The notes under the pieces are model-generated. The model was not told the origin of the DNA and made no database searches. It saw nothing but the letters and a program-made list of their open reading frames with translations. Source: Sphyrna mokarran (lineage: Eukaryota). Taken from it: DNA of 64,000 nucleotides. Below, piece by piece: positions 27,780-40,353 of the stretch. A program made the position numbers and the translations under genes. Each line of letters opens with the position of its first letter. Position 1 is the stretch's first letter. The DNA lies in contig JAGIQG010000005.1 in assembly GCA_024679065.1 (NCBI GenBank), positions 107,136,001 through 107,200,000 on the forward strand, given 5' to 3'.

Positions 27780-30230
27780 TGTTAGGACTCTCGGTAATAC
27801 GGTTAAGGCATTAAAGCCAGGTACAGATCACAAAAATCAGATTGGAAAAGATAGCCTGGATGATGAGTTCATGCAGTGCTGTTAGGCTAGTTTCTGAGCA
27901 CTTTGTAGAGCCAACAAGATGTCAGATTATTCCAGACCCGGTAATGTGAAATGTGAGAGGATTAATTAAAGATCTAATAACACAGAAGGTGTGATCCCAC
28001 CATGGTGCAATTTTGCCTTCAGTTTGAGGGTGAGAAGGGTGGGTCAAAGACTCATGTTCTACACTACGTAAAAGCAATTACAAGGATATAAATACAAGAC
28101 TGGATAAAGTGAACTGGAAAACTAGGTTAAAGAGTAAGACATTTAAGGAGATACTTCAAGAGACTTCATAAGATACATTCCAATGAGAACGAACGACTAG
28201 GAGACTAAAGATAGCAACAAATATAAAGAAAAAGCAGGAGACAGGACAGAATTTAAACAGGAAAGATGACCAGAAACAAAATAAGGGGGAGAAATTATGT
28301 TTCTATTTTTCTTTGTTTTTGAAAAGGAAAAGAATACTTAGGGTGAACAGATTTATTCTCCAGAAGACTGGGGAGAGAGACTGGGAAATTTAAAAAGAAA
28401 AATTAACAAATGGCAATAAGTGTCGAATAAACACTTTGCATCTAACTTCACATTAGAAGACACAAATAACATCCTTGAAATACATGTAAATCAAAAGGTG
28501 AAAGAAAGGAAGGAACTTAAAATAAATCTATTCACCAGAGGAAGGTTACTGAGAAAACTGTCAGAAATAAAGGGCACAAGTCCCCAGGATGTGATAGCCT
28601 GCATCCTTCCATTTTAAAACAAGTAGCTGCTGAGATAATTGATGCATTAGTTATAATTTTTCCAAATTTTCAGATTCTGGAAAGGCTTAATCAGACTGGA
28701 AAATAGTGAATGTAATTTCACTATTCAAGAGAGGAGGGAGACAGAAATCAGGAAACTATTTGTCAAGTTGTCTTAACATCTATCATTGAGAAATGCAAGA
28801 ATCTATCACTGAGGAGGTTATGGCAGGGTATATAGAAAAAACTTAATGTTAGCCGACAGAGCCAATATGGTTTTAATAAAAGGGAAATTGTGCTTGACCA
28901 GTTCGTTAAAGATCTTTGGAGAAGTAATAAGCAATGTTGATAAAGGAGAACCTGTAAATGTGGCGTACTTCAATTTCTAAAAGGCATTTGATAAAGTGTC
29001 ACATCAAAGTTTACAATGCAAAATATATGAGTTCATGATGTAGGGTTGAGGTGAAGGTGGGGAGTAAACATATTTGCATGGATACAGAATTGGTTAGCTA
29101 AAAGGAAGCAGTGAAAAGAGTAAATTGATCTTTAGGTTAACAAACTGTTACTAATTTATGATATATATCAATGGCTTGAGCGAAAGGACTAAATGAATGG
29201 TTGCAAAATTTACTGCTGTCATAACAATAGATAGAAGATTAAGTTCTGAGGAGGACATGAGGCAAAGGGATTTAGATAGGTTAAATAATGGGCAAAAATT
29301 GTTAGGTAGAGTAGAATGTGGGAAAATGTGAACTATCCACTTTGCCAGGAAGAATAGAAAAAAAAATATTTTTTAAATGAAGAGACATTGCAAATCTCTG
29401 TAACACTAAAGGATCTGGGTATGCAGAAGGAGGTTATTCTGCCCATTAAACTGCTCTGACAACAATCCCACCCAGCCCCTATCCCAGTAACACCACATAT
29501 TTATCTTACTAATTCCCCCTGATTCCCAGGGGCAATTTAGCATGGCCAATCAACTTAACCCATATATCTTTGGACTGTGGGAGGAAATCAGAGCACATGG
29601 AAATAACTCATGGATCAGGAAAAGTTAGTATGCAGGTACAATAAGTAATTAGGAAGTTAAATCGAATGTTGCTGGTCATTGCAAGGGAAGTGAAATATCA
29701 AAGTAGAGATGTTTTGCTGCAGTTGTCCAGGCTTTGGTAAGATGCACTTGGGGTACCGTGTACAGTTTTGGTCTCCTTAATTAAAGATGAATTACACTGG
29801 GAGCAGTTCATAAAAGATTAACTCGATTGATTTTTGGGATGAAGAGTTTAAGAGGAAAAGTTGAACAGATGGAGCCTGTATTCACTAGAGTTTAGAAGGA
29901 TGAGAGGTGGCCTTATTGAAACATCTAAGATCCTAAAGGGACTTGACAGGGTAGATGCTGATAGGGAGAGACTGGAACTAGGGGACCAAGTTTCTCTCAG
30001 AGGTGGTTAGTTTGTGAATTCTTTTCTTCTGAAATCAGTGGTAGCAAGGTTACTGATATTTTTAAGGCTGAGTGAAATAGATTATTGATTGACAAGAGAG
30101 TCAAAAATTATATGGCGTAGTCAGGAAAGTAAAAATGAGACCACAGTTAAATCAGCCACAATATTATCAAATGGCAGAGCAAACTCAAGGGGCTGAATGG
30201 CTTAAACCTGCTCCTGATTTGTATGTATGT
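27780..30230 (+). mobile_element. Old CR1 LINE (EN through RT to 3' end) with nested V-SINE piece at ~29420-29610 (-)
   Basis: Decayed CR1 motifs KSPG.D, CTGGAAAATAGTGAATGTAA..CTATTCAAGA, AAGGCATTTGATAAAGTG, GTACAGTTTTGGTCTCC; multiple stops. Confidence 0.8.
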
Positions 30231-30879
30231 TCTAAAAAGTTGTATATTGGATGTCCTGAGGAGTTCAGTGTTAATGATAGAGCTTCCTTATATTTTAATC
30301 AGCAGACTTCCCTAGATGAACAGGATAGCTTTGAAATGGAAAATAAGTGATGGTAATGATGTCAGCCATGAGTGATAAGGTAAAACTTTAGTTGCTTGGG
30401 TCATAAATATTTAGATTAAATCTTTAGATTAAGGTATAAATTGACTTGCTTTGGTAATAAATATAGGTGGAAGATTGATTAACTCTTATACAGAAAGATA
30501 AAGTCTATTCTTCAAAGATATTAGGATGTGAACATCAGTTGGTCTTGATTAAGAGTAGAAGCTTTTGGGGTAAACAAATACAACTACTTGTGTGTACAGA
30601 CTGTCTCCAAAGAGTTTGGGAATAAATATGGCCTGAAGCCTTCTCTGTGCCCAGTACCTTTTGAAGTGAGCAAAAATATGGTGTAGAAAAGGAGCATGGT
30701 TTTCAGTAGCTCTTCAGAGAGCTGAAGAACTATAGAAATTAAGAAATTCTCTTTTTCCCTAGTTCAACTTCTCACTGTGCCGTTTGTCAATAATCTCTGT
30801 TCCGTATACTCTACCATTGAGAGTCTTATGTGTTATTGTGAAAGGACTGAATTCACATGACAACATCATGTCCAGCCAG

Positions 30880-31140
30880 AATATGAATAGTGGACAGCAG
30901 TACTGAAATGAGCAGAGCGAGAAAATAAGCCAGGTAAACCAGGGTTCCATCAGCTCAATCAGGCAAATGTAAAGGATCCCATATGGTACCATTCGAAGGA
31001 GAGCCAAAGTTTGTTCCTCAATCAATACCGCTAAACCAGATTGTCTGTTAATTTATCTGAGTGATGTTTGCACAGACCATGGTGCGTGCCAAATTGCTAC
31101 GACGTGGCTCTGAAGTGATTCTGAAATGAGATGTGAACTC
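30880..31140 (+). mobile_element. Degenerate Deu-domain SINE (SacSINE1/AmnSINE-like)
   Basis: TAAACCAGGGTTCCATC..TGTAAAGGATCCCATATGGTACCATTCGAAG..CTCAATCAATACC..CAGATTGTCTG. Confidence 0.5.
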
Positions 31141-31719
31141 TCCTTCCTGCTGATGAAACTTTTCTTTCTTGCAAGAACAGACAGATTTCAAGGAAAGAGG
31201 AGAATTCCTGAATATTCTTCTTCGACAAATGATTTTACAAGTGCTACATAGGTTCAATTATTTGTCTTCGGAAATCTCAGCTGCATTACAGTTGATTGAA
31301 GTTGTCAGGCTGAAACAGTTATGATAATTTATATTTTTTTTGCAGTGAAATACTCAGATAAGTATAGTTGCAGTTTTAAATTCATTTACAATTACTACTG
31401 AATAAAATTGATTGTAATGTAGTCTCAAGTAAATGCTTCTTTTCAGCTGTCAGTAGCAGCCAGTGCTAAAAACTATTACAAAGCCATTGATAACACTTTA
31501 CCTAGAGCTAAACAACCTAGTTTAACTAACAGTGAATTCTGTGCTTAATTACTGGTAACAGTGATCTTGTCATGGTGAGGAGCAATTTGACAGTAATTGA
31601 TACAATAAACCTTTTATCAGAAAGGTTTACATTCCTTCCATCTGTTCAGATGTCCGAACTATGTATCTGTTAAGCTCCCATATTTGGAATCGTTGCCCTG
31701 ACCCCAACAACTTTTAAAA

Positions 31720-32095
31720 TATTTTCATGTGATATGGGTGTCATTGGCGAGACCAGTATTGCTGCCCACTTTCTGGTGGGCTGCTTTCTTTAATTAGCAT
31801 CTTGTCCAGGCATGAATTTTTTTAAGAAGGAAGTTCCTGCAACAGTGAAAGAGCATAGGTCGAGTCCCAAGTCAAAATATGTGACTGCAAGAGAAACGTA
31901 GTGGTGTTCCCCGACAACTGCTGCCCTATCTTCTAATTAGGTCATGGGATTGGAAGCTGATGTCGAAAGAGGCTTAGCAAATTCCTATAGTGCATTTCAT
32001 ATATGGTATACTCTGCTGCGTCAGTGGTGGAGAGAGTGATTGTTTAAGGTGACAGTTGGGGTGTTGATCAAGTGGACTTTTTTGTCCTGAATGGT
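31720..32095 (-). mobile_element. Second LINE family fragment
   Basis: Similar to 25090-25440. Confidence 0.65.
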
Positions 32096-32159
32096 TTAAA
32101 GTACATTTATTAGTGTCACAAGTAGGCTTACATTAACACTATTAGCATTAACTCTAAAG

Positions 32160-32712
32160 GTTCCTGGTTTACCGAGTAAGGTGGTGGGAGCAGGCATGCA
32201 AGGGTTGTTTAAGGGTCTCTTGGACAGCCACATGAGCAGTCTGCAGATAGAGGGATATAGGAGGACTGTTTAAATACTTTAATTGTTTCCACAGGCTGTT
32301 CGGTCCACCTTGTTGACCAACAAGGTGCATGCATTCGACAGGTCGTGCGAGGGCTGCTCCTGGATGTTACTTCAGGAGTAGCCTAGTGCTTCACGTCGTT
32401 AGTGTATGCTTAAACTGGACCATCAGATGGGCAACATGACAGCTCAGACACTATCGCTGTTGCTGTGCAGACACATGGATTTGGGCCTGTGTCTGCGGGA
32501 GTTTGCGTGTTCTCCCCATGGTTACGTGGGTTTTCTCCGGGTGCTCCGGTTTCCTCCCACATCCCAAAAGTGTGCTCTTAGGCTGATTGGGTAACAAATT
32601 GTCCCTATATTGGTCTCTATATGTCATTAAGACGTTAGGACGGCGGCACGGGCTCGTTGGGCCGAAGGGCCTGTTTCCCGTGCTGTGTTGTTCTTTGTTC
32701 TTTGTTCTTTGT
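32160..32712 (+). mobile_element. CR1 3' end with long 3' UTR containing a V-SINE-like core
   Basis: ORF2 end LPSKVVGAGMQGLFKGLLDSHMSSLQIEGYRRTV*, then unique UTR, TGTGTCTGCGGGAGTTTGCGTGTTCTCCCC core, (TTCTTTG)3 tail; nested inside a minus-strand SINE tail. Confidence 0.75.
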
Positions 32713-33139
32713 ATGAAGTTAATGTGAAAAATCCTCTAGTCATCACATTCCAGCGCAGGTTGGAATAAATGCATGGGGATAGGGCTTGGGTGGGATTGTG
32801 GTCACTGCAGACTCGATGAGCTGAATGGCCTCCTTCTGCACTGTCAGATTCTATGTAACCTTCAGTGATGGAGTGCCCGAGTCGGGCTTACATGGAGCAT
32901 GTCTGTTTTGCCTCAATCCTGGATGGGCGAATGTGAGGGTAAAGGGAGAAGTGCTGGTAAAGTTGGGTGTGCAGCCCATTAAGTCAATTTAAATGCATCC
33001 ATTTCGGGAGTGGTCCCAATCACGGTCATTTTTGGGCTTTGGCAAAGGAAGAACTGGCATGGAGGCAGGTATGGATCGTGCTACTTGCCTCACGCCCAAC
33101 TTTACCAAGATTTTACGCCCAAAAACGGGCGCAACGTGA

Positions 33140-33860
33140 TGGGCTCAGAGTATTTGATTCCAAGGTGTTGCACATAAAACAGGACAAGGAATCATCAGCC
33201 AACACCTCTAATCATAAAGGGATGATCATTGAGAATGCAACTGAAGATGGTTGTACCTACAGCAGCTCCAGCAAAAATGCCTTGGGACTGAGATATATGA
33301 TCTCCAAAAATTATGACCATTTTCCTTTGTGCCAGATGTGACTCCAACCAATGAAGAGATTTCCCTTTGATTTCTATTATGCTAGGACCGTAGTTACACT
33401 CGGTCAAATGTTACCCTGTTGCCAGAGGCCTTCTCATTTCTTCAGTTCAGCTAATTAGTTCATAATTTGAACCAATATGAAGCCAGGAGTTGAATCGCCT
33501 TGGCAGAATCTAAACTAAATATCAGTCAGCAGGCTATTGCTGCTTGAATGCAACATCAATCACACCTTGGTGTCACTTTGCTGATGACTGAGACTCAACT
33601 GATGGGGTTGTAATTGGCTGAGTTAAAAATCTCCTGCTTTTTGGGAAAAGACAATTTTCCACTTTGCCGGGTAGATGCAGGGTTGTAGCTGCACCTGAAC
33701 AGAGGGGCTAGGGATATGGCTACTTCTGGAGCACAAGTTTTCAATACTATCCTTGTCAGAGTTCATCCCTTTGCAGTATCCCATATCTCCAGGCATTTGT
33801 TAGTATCACATAGTGAATTGAATTGGCTGAAAACTGACATTAGTCATGCTGGAGACCTCA
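33140..33860 (-). mobile_element. Second LINE family RT fragment
   Basis: Minus ORF IKGKSLHWLESHLAQRKMVII..GTTIFSCILND. Confidence 0.7.
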
Positions 33861-34389
33861 AAGAAAACTGTGAGACATTGTACTGATTGTATTGCTTATT
33901 CGGTGACAAATTTGAGGTTGGAGTAAGAATCACAAAGGGTGTCCATTGCTAAATATGAAATATAGAAAAGAGCCCAACATGCAAATTCATGGATTATATT
34001 CAAATTGTTGTATGAACTAAAGGGCATGAAAAACAAGTAAGTAGTTACCGGAGAAAGACATGATTGCACCTATGCACAATGGGGACCTGGAATTTGTGTT
34101 GAATCCAGCTCTGCTCAGATTGTATTCCATTTGTATTGATCACTTCCATTCTTGCTGCGTGGGCGATTACATCTCTTGAACAGATATGTTGGTGAGGATG
34201 GCAAAGTAGGGAAGTGGAATTGGGTGATGCTTTCCAGGGAAAAGTCCCTCTTTATGGCTTTGAAAAACTTCAATGAACACCCATTAAATTGAAAATCTAT
34301 TGGGATAAAAATGGAAAATGCTGGCATTACATAGCAAGCCCAGTAATATCTGTAAGCCTTGAAGCCTGTTAACACCTTGCTCGTCATAG

Positions 34390-34822
34390 GATCAGAGAAA
34401 AATTACAGTATAAATAGGCCCTTCAGCCCACAAGTTGCGCTGATCTTATCTCTACCTACTAGGCTTACCTATAATCCTCAATTCTATTAAGTCCCATGTA
34501 ATCATCCAGAAGTCTCTTAACAGACCCTAACGAATTTGCCTCCACCACCTCCAATGGCAGCTGATTCCATTCATCCAGCACCCTTTGAGTGAAAAACTTA
34601 GCCCTGACATCTCCTCTGTACCTACTTCCCAGCACCTTAAACATATGTCCTCTTGCGGCAGCCATTTCAGCCCTGGGGAAAAGCCTCTGAGAGTCCACCT
34701 GATCAACACATCTCATCACCTTATACACCTCTATCAGGTCCCCTTCTCATCCTTCATCTCTCTAAGGAGAAAACACCAACCTATTGTCATAAGGCATGCT
34801 ACCCAATCCAGGCAACATCCTT
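34390..34822 (-). mobile_element. CR1 3' fragment
   Basis: YKVMRCVDQVDSQRLFPRAE..FFTQRVLDEWNQLP. Confidence 0.9.
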
Positions 34823-34949
34823 GTAACTTACAATTGTAACATCACTTAAAATTGTAACATCAAATGTAATATCACTTACAATTGCATTTGGTTTTGCATT
34901 GTTAACAGGCTTGGAAATGTTAAATTTTGTTCACTTATCTAAATCATTG

Positions 34950-34981
34950 ATATCTATCTATATATATATATATATATATAA
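34950..34981. repeat. (TA)n microsatellite followed by GA-rich low-complexity sequence
   Basis: Direct inspection. Confidence 0.9.
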
Positions 34982-35439
34982 AGAGAGTAGGTCACAGGAT
35001 GAAAGAACAAGAAGAGTGAAGACATGGGATAAAAGAGAGTGAGGGGAATGGAGGCCCTGGATAAAAGGGAGTGAGACGAGCGGAGATACAAGATAACAGA
35101 GAGTGGGGAGAGTAGAGACGCAGGATAAAAATGTGCAGGGAGAGTGAAGACAGGATTAAAGAGCACAAGCAGAGTGGAAACATGAGAGAGAAGATCTTTG
35201 TTATAAATGCTAAGTGCATTCAGGTGCAGAGCCTTTGGCTTTGCCTTTTATCTTTGCAACATTTATTAGTGTTATTGAGGTTATTCATGAAGGCCCCCTT
35301 TCTCAACATTGCTCCCTGCCTGAGGCATGGTGATTCTCATATAAAATCATCATATTAAATAATCTGGGACTATGGTGAGTTTACTTGCATCTAATTAAGT
35401 TTCTTCCTGCTCTTCCCTCCTTTAATTTAAAACCCTCTC

Positions 35440-35600
35440 TACTTCCAAAGTATACAATTCATAAGTACACTGGTCCGAGCATGGTTCAGGCGTAGATCAT
35501 CCCAACAGTAAAACCCCTCTTTCCCTACAAACTGAAACCATCTCCCACACCAGTCTTTGAGCCATGCATTCATCTCTCTTAAGTCAGTTGCACATATATA
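35440..35600 (-). mobile_element. CR1 ORF1 esterase (SGNH-like) fragment
   Basis: LREMNAWLKDWCG..F.F...WDDLRLNHART resembles the CR1 ORF1 LNxWLxxWC..DGLHLN motif. Confidence 0.55.
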
Positions 35601-37067
35601 TTTGATACAAGTGTGACATTTTGGATTCCTTACATACATGAATGGAATTGGGGATGCTGGATCATTTCTTGTAAACCATATGTATAAGAAACAAGAAACC
35701 AGAAAAGGTAAGTGAAAGCCTCTGTTCTCATAATTGTTGTATAGAATGCATTAGAAAAAACACACACACATAAAGAAATGGTTAATAATTCTGAGAATAG
35801 TACAGCACAAAACAATGGGGAGGAAACATGAACCTTGAAAAAGGAAAGTAAATCGAGGCATTCTTATTAACAGGATGGGTTAGATTAGCAAGGGGGGTGA
35901 GGGACCTCGATACTTCAAATGTGCTGTTGCCTTTTGCAGGTTTCTAACCAGAAAGCCAGCCTCTTCAACTCCTTGACTTGCCTCATAATAAATACACACC
36001 GTGGATGGGAAGCTTAGCCAGGTTTCCCATTCCTAAATTTCTCGTTAATTCCTTTGCTTTCAAATTTTGTGTGGAGCTCACTTGTGGAATAATTATACAT
36101 GCTGTAATCTGGTGCTGAAAAATGTGTATTACCTTTATAGAAATTGCAAAATATACGACATGGCAAAATGTTTTACTTGTTGCACAAATAGATCAGGTGT
36201 TGGACCTTGCAGGAAGCCTAATTTATTCCACTAATGAACAAGACCTTCTCTTGTGAGTGTCACTTCAGAATTTCTTTCTTGAGTAATGAAACAGAATGAG
36301 TAATCCTCTCTTCTACTTTGTGTCACGTATGAATAGAATGTAAAATTAGCTGTCAAATAATACTGAATAATAAATAATTTCATTGCAATTATCTTTATCC
36401 TTCATTACTCTTTGCTTTTCCAAATAACAATTTCCCACATTAGTGTACAGACACACGAGGCATTATTATCACAATTAGTGAGGTTCATTAAGTTGAGGTG
36501 GCAATGCTGAGAAATGTGACACTTTTTTCACATTTTCACATAGTTTTATCTGACTATTTGCTGGGTAGGTGCATTGGAAACCTGCCCCCCACCAAAATGC
36601 TTTAACCCCATCGTTTTAAAAACAGACACTATTACAGTTTCACCAATCTTTCTGATGATTTTCAGAGTAAAATGATCTCATAAGTTGTAGCATTATGGGC
36701 AGCTTTGTGATGTGTACTTGTAGGTGAATTCAGGTTGCTACAATGCGCTTCATGAGAACCACTAAAACCAGTGGAAGAGAGGAAAATGTCATCCCAATAA
36801 CCTGCATCTCATAGATCGCAAAAGGAAATTTAAAAAGCAGGTTGCTTTTCAACTACGCCACAAACTCTATACATAAATAATAAATTAAAAACAGAAACTG
36901 GTTAGCATTCACATTGAAACTCAGGTCTTACAGGCCCACTTGCGATAATATGCTTTTATTTTAACTATCGTGACAATTCTTAACCACCATTTATCAAAAA
37001 TGCAAAATTGGGTTGTAGATTTTAATCATCTTTCCCAGTGCAATGTATTATTTTGATCCACATCACT

Positions 37068-37154
37068 GTCATAGAATCCTACAGTGCAGAGGGATGCCAT
37101 TCAGTCAATCGAGTTTGCATTGACGACAATCCCATCCATAGCCCCATGCATTTA
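37068..37154 (-). mobile_element. V-SINE 3' part; remainder at 40030-40125, split by CR1
   Basis: CATAGAATCCTACAGTGCAGA..CCCCATGCATTTA continues as ATTTACCCCAGCTAATCCC..GCAATTTAGCATGGCCAAT. Confidence 0.75.
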
Positions 37155-40020
37155 GAACATAGAACATAGAACATAGAACATTACAGCACAGAACAGGCCC
37201 TTCGGCCTTCGATGTTGCACCGACCAATATAAAAAGCAATGCCCCTCCAAACTAAACCATTCCCTTCTCTTCCATATACTTATCAACTAACCTCTTAAAC
37301 GCCACCAAACTTGGCGCATCTACAACTGCTGCAGGCAGGGCATTCCACTCCCGAACCACCCTTTGGGTAAAGAACCTACCTCTGATATCCGTCCTATAAC
37401 TATCACCCCTTAATCTAAAGCTGTGTCCCCNNNNNNNNNNNNNNNNNNNNNNNNNNNNNNNNNNNNNNNNNNNNNNNNNNNNNNNNNNNNNNNNNNNNNN
37501 NNNNNNNNNNNNNNNNNNNNNNNNNNNNNNCGTGCTAGCTTTTTCCATCCTAGGAAAAAGGCTATCACTGTCCACCCTATCTAAACCTCTAATCATCTTA
37601 TATGTTTCGATCAGGTCCCCTCTTAGCCTCCTCCTTTCTAACGAAAACAACCTCAATCCCTCAGCCTCTCCTCATAAGACCTGCCCTTCATACCAGGCAA
37701 CATCCTGGTAAACCTCCTCTGTACCCTCTCCAATGCCTCCACATCTTTCTTATAATGCGGGACCAGAACTGCACACAATACTCCAAGTGCGGCCGCACTA
37801 GAGTTTTGTACAGTTGCAACATGACGTTGCGGCTCCGAAATTCAATCCCCCTACAATAAAAGCTAAGACTCCGTATGCCTTCTTAACAACCTTATCGACT
37901 TGATTGCCTACTTTCAGGGATCTATGCACATATACACCAAGATCCCTCTGTTCATCAACACTATTAAGAGTCCTACCATTAGCCCTATACTCTACACATT
38001 TGTTATTCCTGCCAAAGTGAATTACCTCACACTTTTTCACATTAAACTCCATTTGCCACCTCTCGGCCCAGCTCTGCAACTTGTCCAAGTCACTCTGTAA
38101 ACTAAAACACCCCTCTTCACTATCTACCACACCACCAACTTTAGTATCATCTGCAAATTTACTGATCCATCCCTCAATACCCTCATCCAGATCATTTATA
38201 AAAATTACAAACAGCAGGGGCCCCAAAACAGAACCCTGAGGCACACCACTTGTCACCGAACTCCACGATGAATATCTCCCATCAACCACCACCCTCTGTC
38301 TTCTATCTGCTAGCCAATTCCTAACCCAATTAGCTAATCACCCTCTATCCCATACATCTGCATTTTCTGCAGAAGTCTTCCATGGGCCACCTTATCAAAC
38401 GCCTTACTAAAGTCCATATGTACCACATCAACTGCCTTACCCCCATCCACCTCTTTGGTCACTTTTTCAAAAAACTCAATGAGGTTAGTAAGGCACGACC
38501 TACCTTCACAAAACCATGCTGACTATCCCCAATCAATTCATTTCTCTCTAAATAGCTATAAATCCTATCCCTAATAATTCTCTCCAATACTTTGCCCACA
38601 ACAGAAGTAAGACTCACTGGCCTATAATTCCCTGGAAGGTCTCTCTTCCCCTTCTTGAACAACGGGACCACATTCGCTATCCTCCAGTCCTCCGGAACCA
38701 CACCCGTAACCAATGACGACCTGAAGATCAGAGCCAGAGGCTCTGCAATCTCCTCTCTTGCCTCCCAGAGAATCCTAGGGTAAATCCTGTCCGGCCCAGG
38801 GGACTTATCCAACTTCAAACCCTCGAGAATATCTAGCACATCCTCCCTATCTACTTCGATACTTTCCAGTTTGCCACCCTGTACCTCAGTGTTCTCCATA
38901 ACTACATTTACATCACCCTGCGTGAATACTGAAGAGAAGTATTTATTCAGTGCCTCTCCAATCTCTTCAGGCTCCACGCACAACTTCCCACTGCTGTCTA
39001 TGACTGGCCCTAATCTTGCCCTAACCAATCTTCTATTCTTAACATATCTAAAGAAAGCTTTAGGATTCTCCTTAACCCTATCAGCCAAAGTCTTCTCGTG
39101 TCCCCTCTTAGCTCTCCTCAACTCACTCTTTAGCTCCCTCCTGGCTAATCTATAGCTATCCATTGCACTAACTGAGCCTTCAAGCCTCATCCTGACATAA
39201 GCCTCCTTTTTCCTTTTAACCAGCAAATCAACTTTTTTCGTACACCAAGGTTCTCTTACTCGACCATTTCCTCCTTGCCTGACAGGGACATACTTATCAA
39301 GGAGCAGCAGCTGCTCCTTGAATAAGCTCCACATTCCAGATGTTCCCAGTCCCTGTAGTTTCCTAGTCCAATCTATGCACCCTAATTCTCTCCTGATGGC
39401 CTCATAATTACCCTTCCCCCAGCTATAACTACTGCCCCCAGCTTCATGCCTATCCCTATCCATCACTAAGGTGAATGTAACTGAATTGTGGTCACTATCA
39501 CCAAAATGTTCACTAACTTCCAAGCCTAACACCTGGTCTGGCTCATTGCCCAGCACCAAATCCAATGTAGCCTCACCTCTAGATGGCCTATCTACATACT
39601 GAGTCAAAAAACCTTCCTGCACACTTTGTACGAAAACTGACCCCTCTAACGAGCTAGAGCTATAGCTATTCCAATCAATATTAGTAAAGTTAAAGTCCCC
39701 CATAACAATTACCCTATTACTTTCACTCCTGACCAGAATTGACTTGGCAATCCTTTCCTCAACCTCTCTAGAACTTTTAGGAGGTCTATAAAAGACTCCC
39801 AACAGGGTGACCTCTCCTTTCCTGTTTCTAATCTCAGCCCATACTACCTCAACAGACAAGTCCTCATCAAACTTCTTTTCTGTCACTGTGATACACTCTT
39901 TGACTAATAATGACACTCCTCCCCCCCTTCTACCTCCTTCTCCACTCTGACTAAAGCATTTGAAACCCGGAACCTGCAACATCCATTCTTGTCCTTGCTC
40001 TACCCAAGTCTCTGAAATGG
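37155..40020 (-). mobile_element. Young CR1 LINE, ORF2 (APE endonuclease + RT), 5'-truncated, frameshifted
   Basis: ORF 38459-39982 with GVFYRPP, MGDFN, SDH, KSPGPD, NYRPVSLTS; ORF 37798-38292 with GVPQGSVLGP and FADD; (GAACATA)n tail; truncated at AISETW. Confidence 0.95.
37431..37530. other. Assembly gap (100 N)
   Basis: N run; flanks are contiguous in the sister copy except for one base. Confidence 1.
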
Positions 40021-40353
40021 CCCAGCTAAATTTACCCCAGCTAATCCCGTGACACTGAGGGGCAATTTAGCATGGCCAATTCACCTAATCCACACATCTT
40101 TGGACTGTGGGAGGAAACCAGAACAGCAGTTTTAATTTACTAAGGAGCAAGTTGTTTGAACTTTAGGCAGTGTCTTCCAGTGGTGGAGGCGGCTGACCAT
40201 TGGGCGCCAGCAGAATCTTTCATCTTGCCATTGTCAATGGCATTTGCAAGGCCCATCTTGTCGTTGGGAAAGCAGCCACACAGAAATGCCTTTGGCAGGA
40301 TCGAAAGATCCAGCTGGTGGGAAAACAACTCAAGCAAAATTAAGCTGTGTGTG

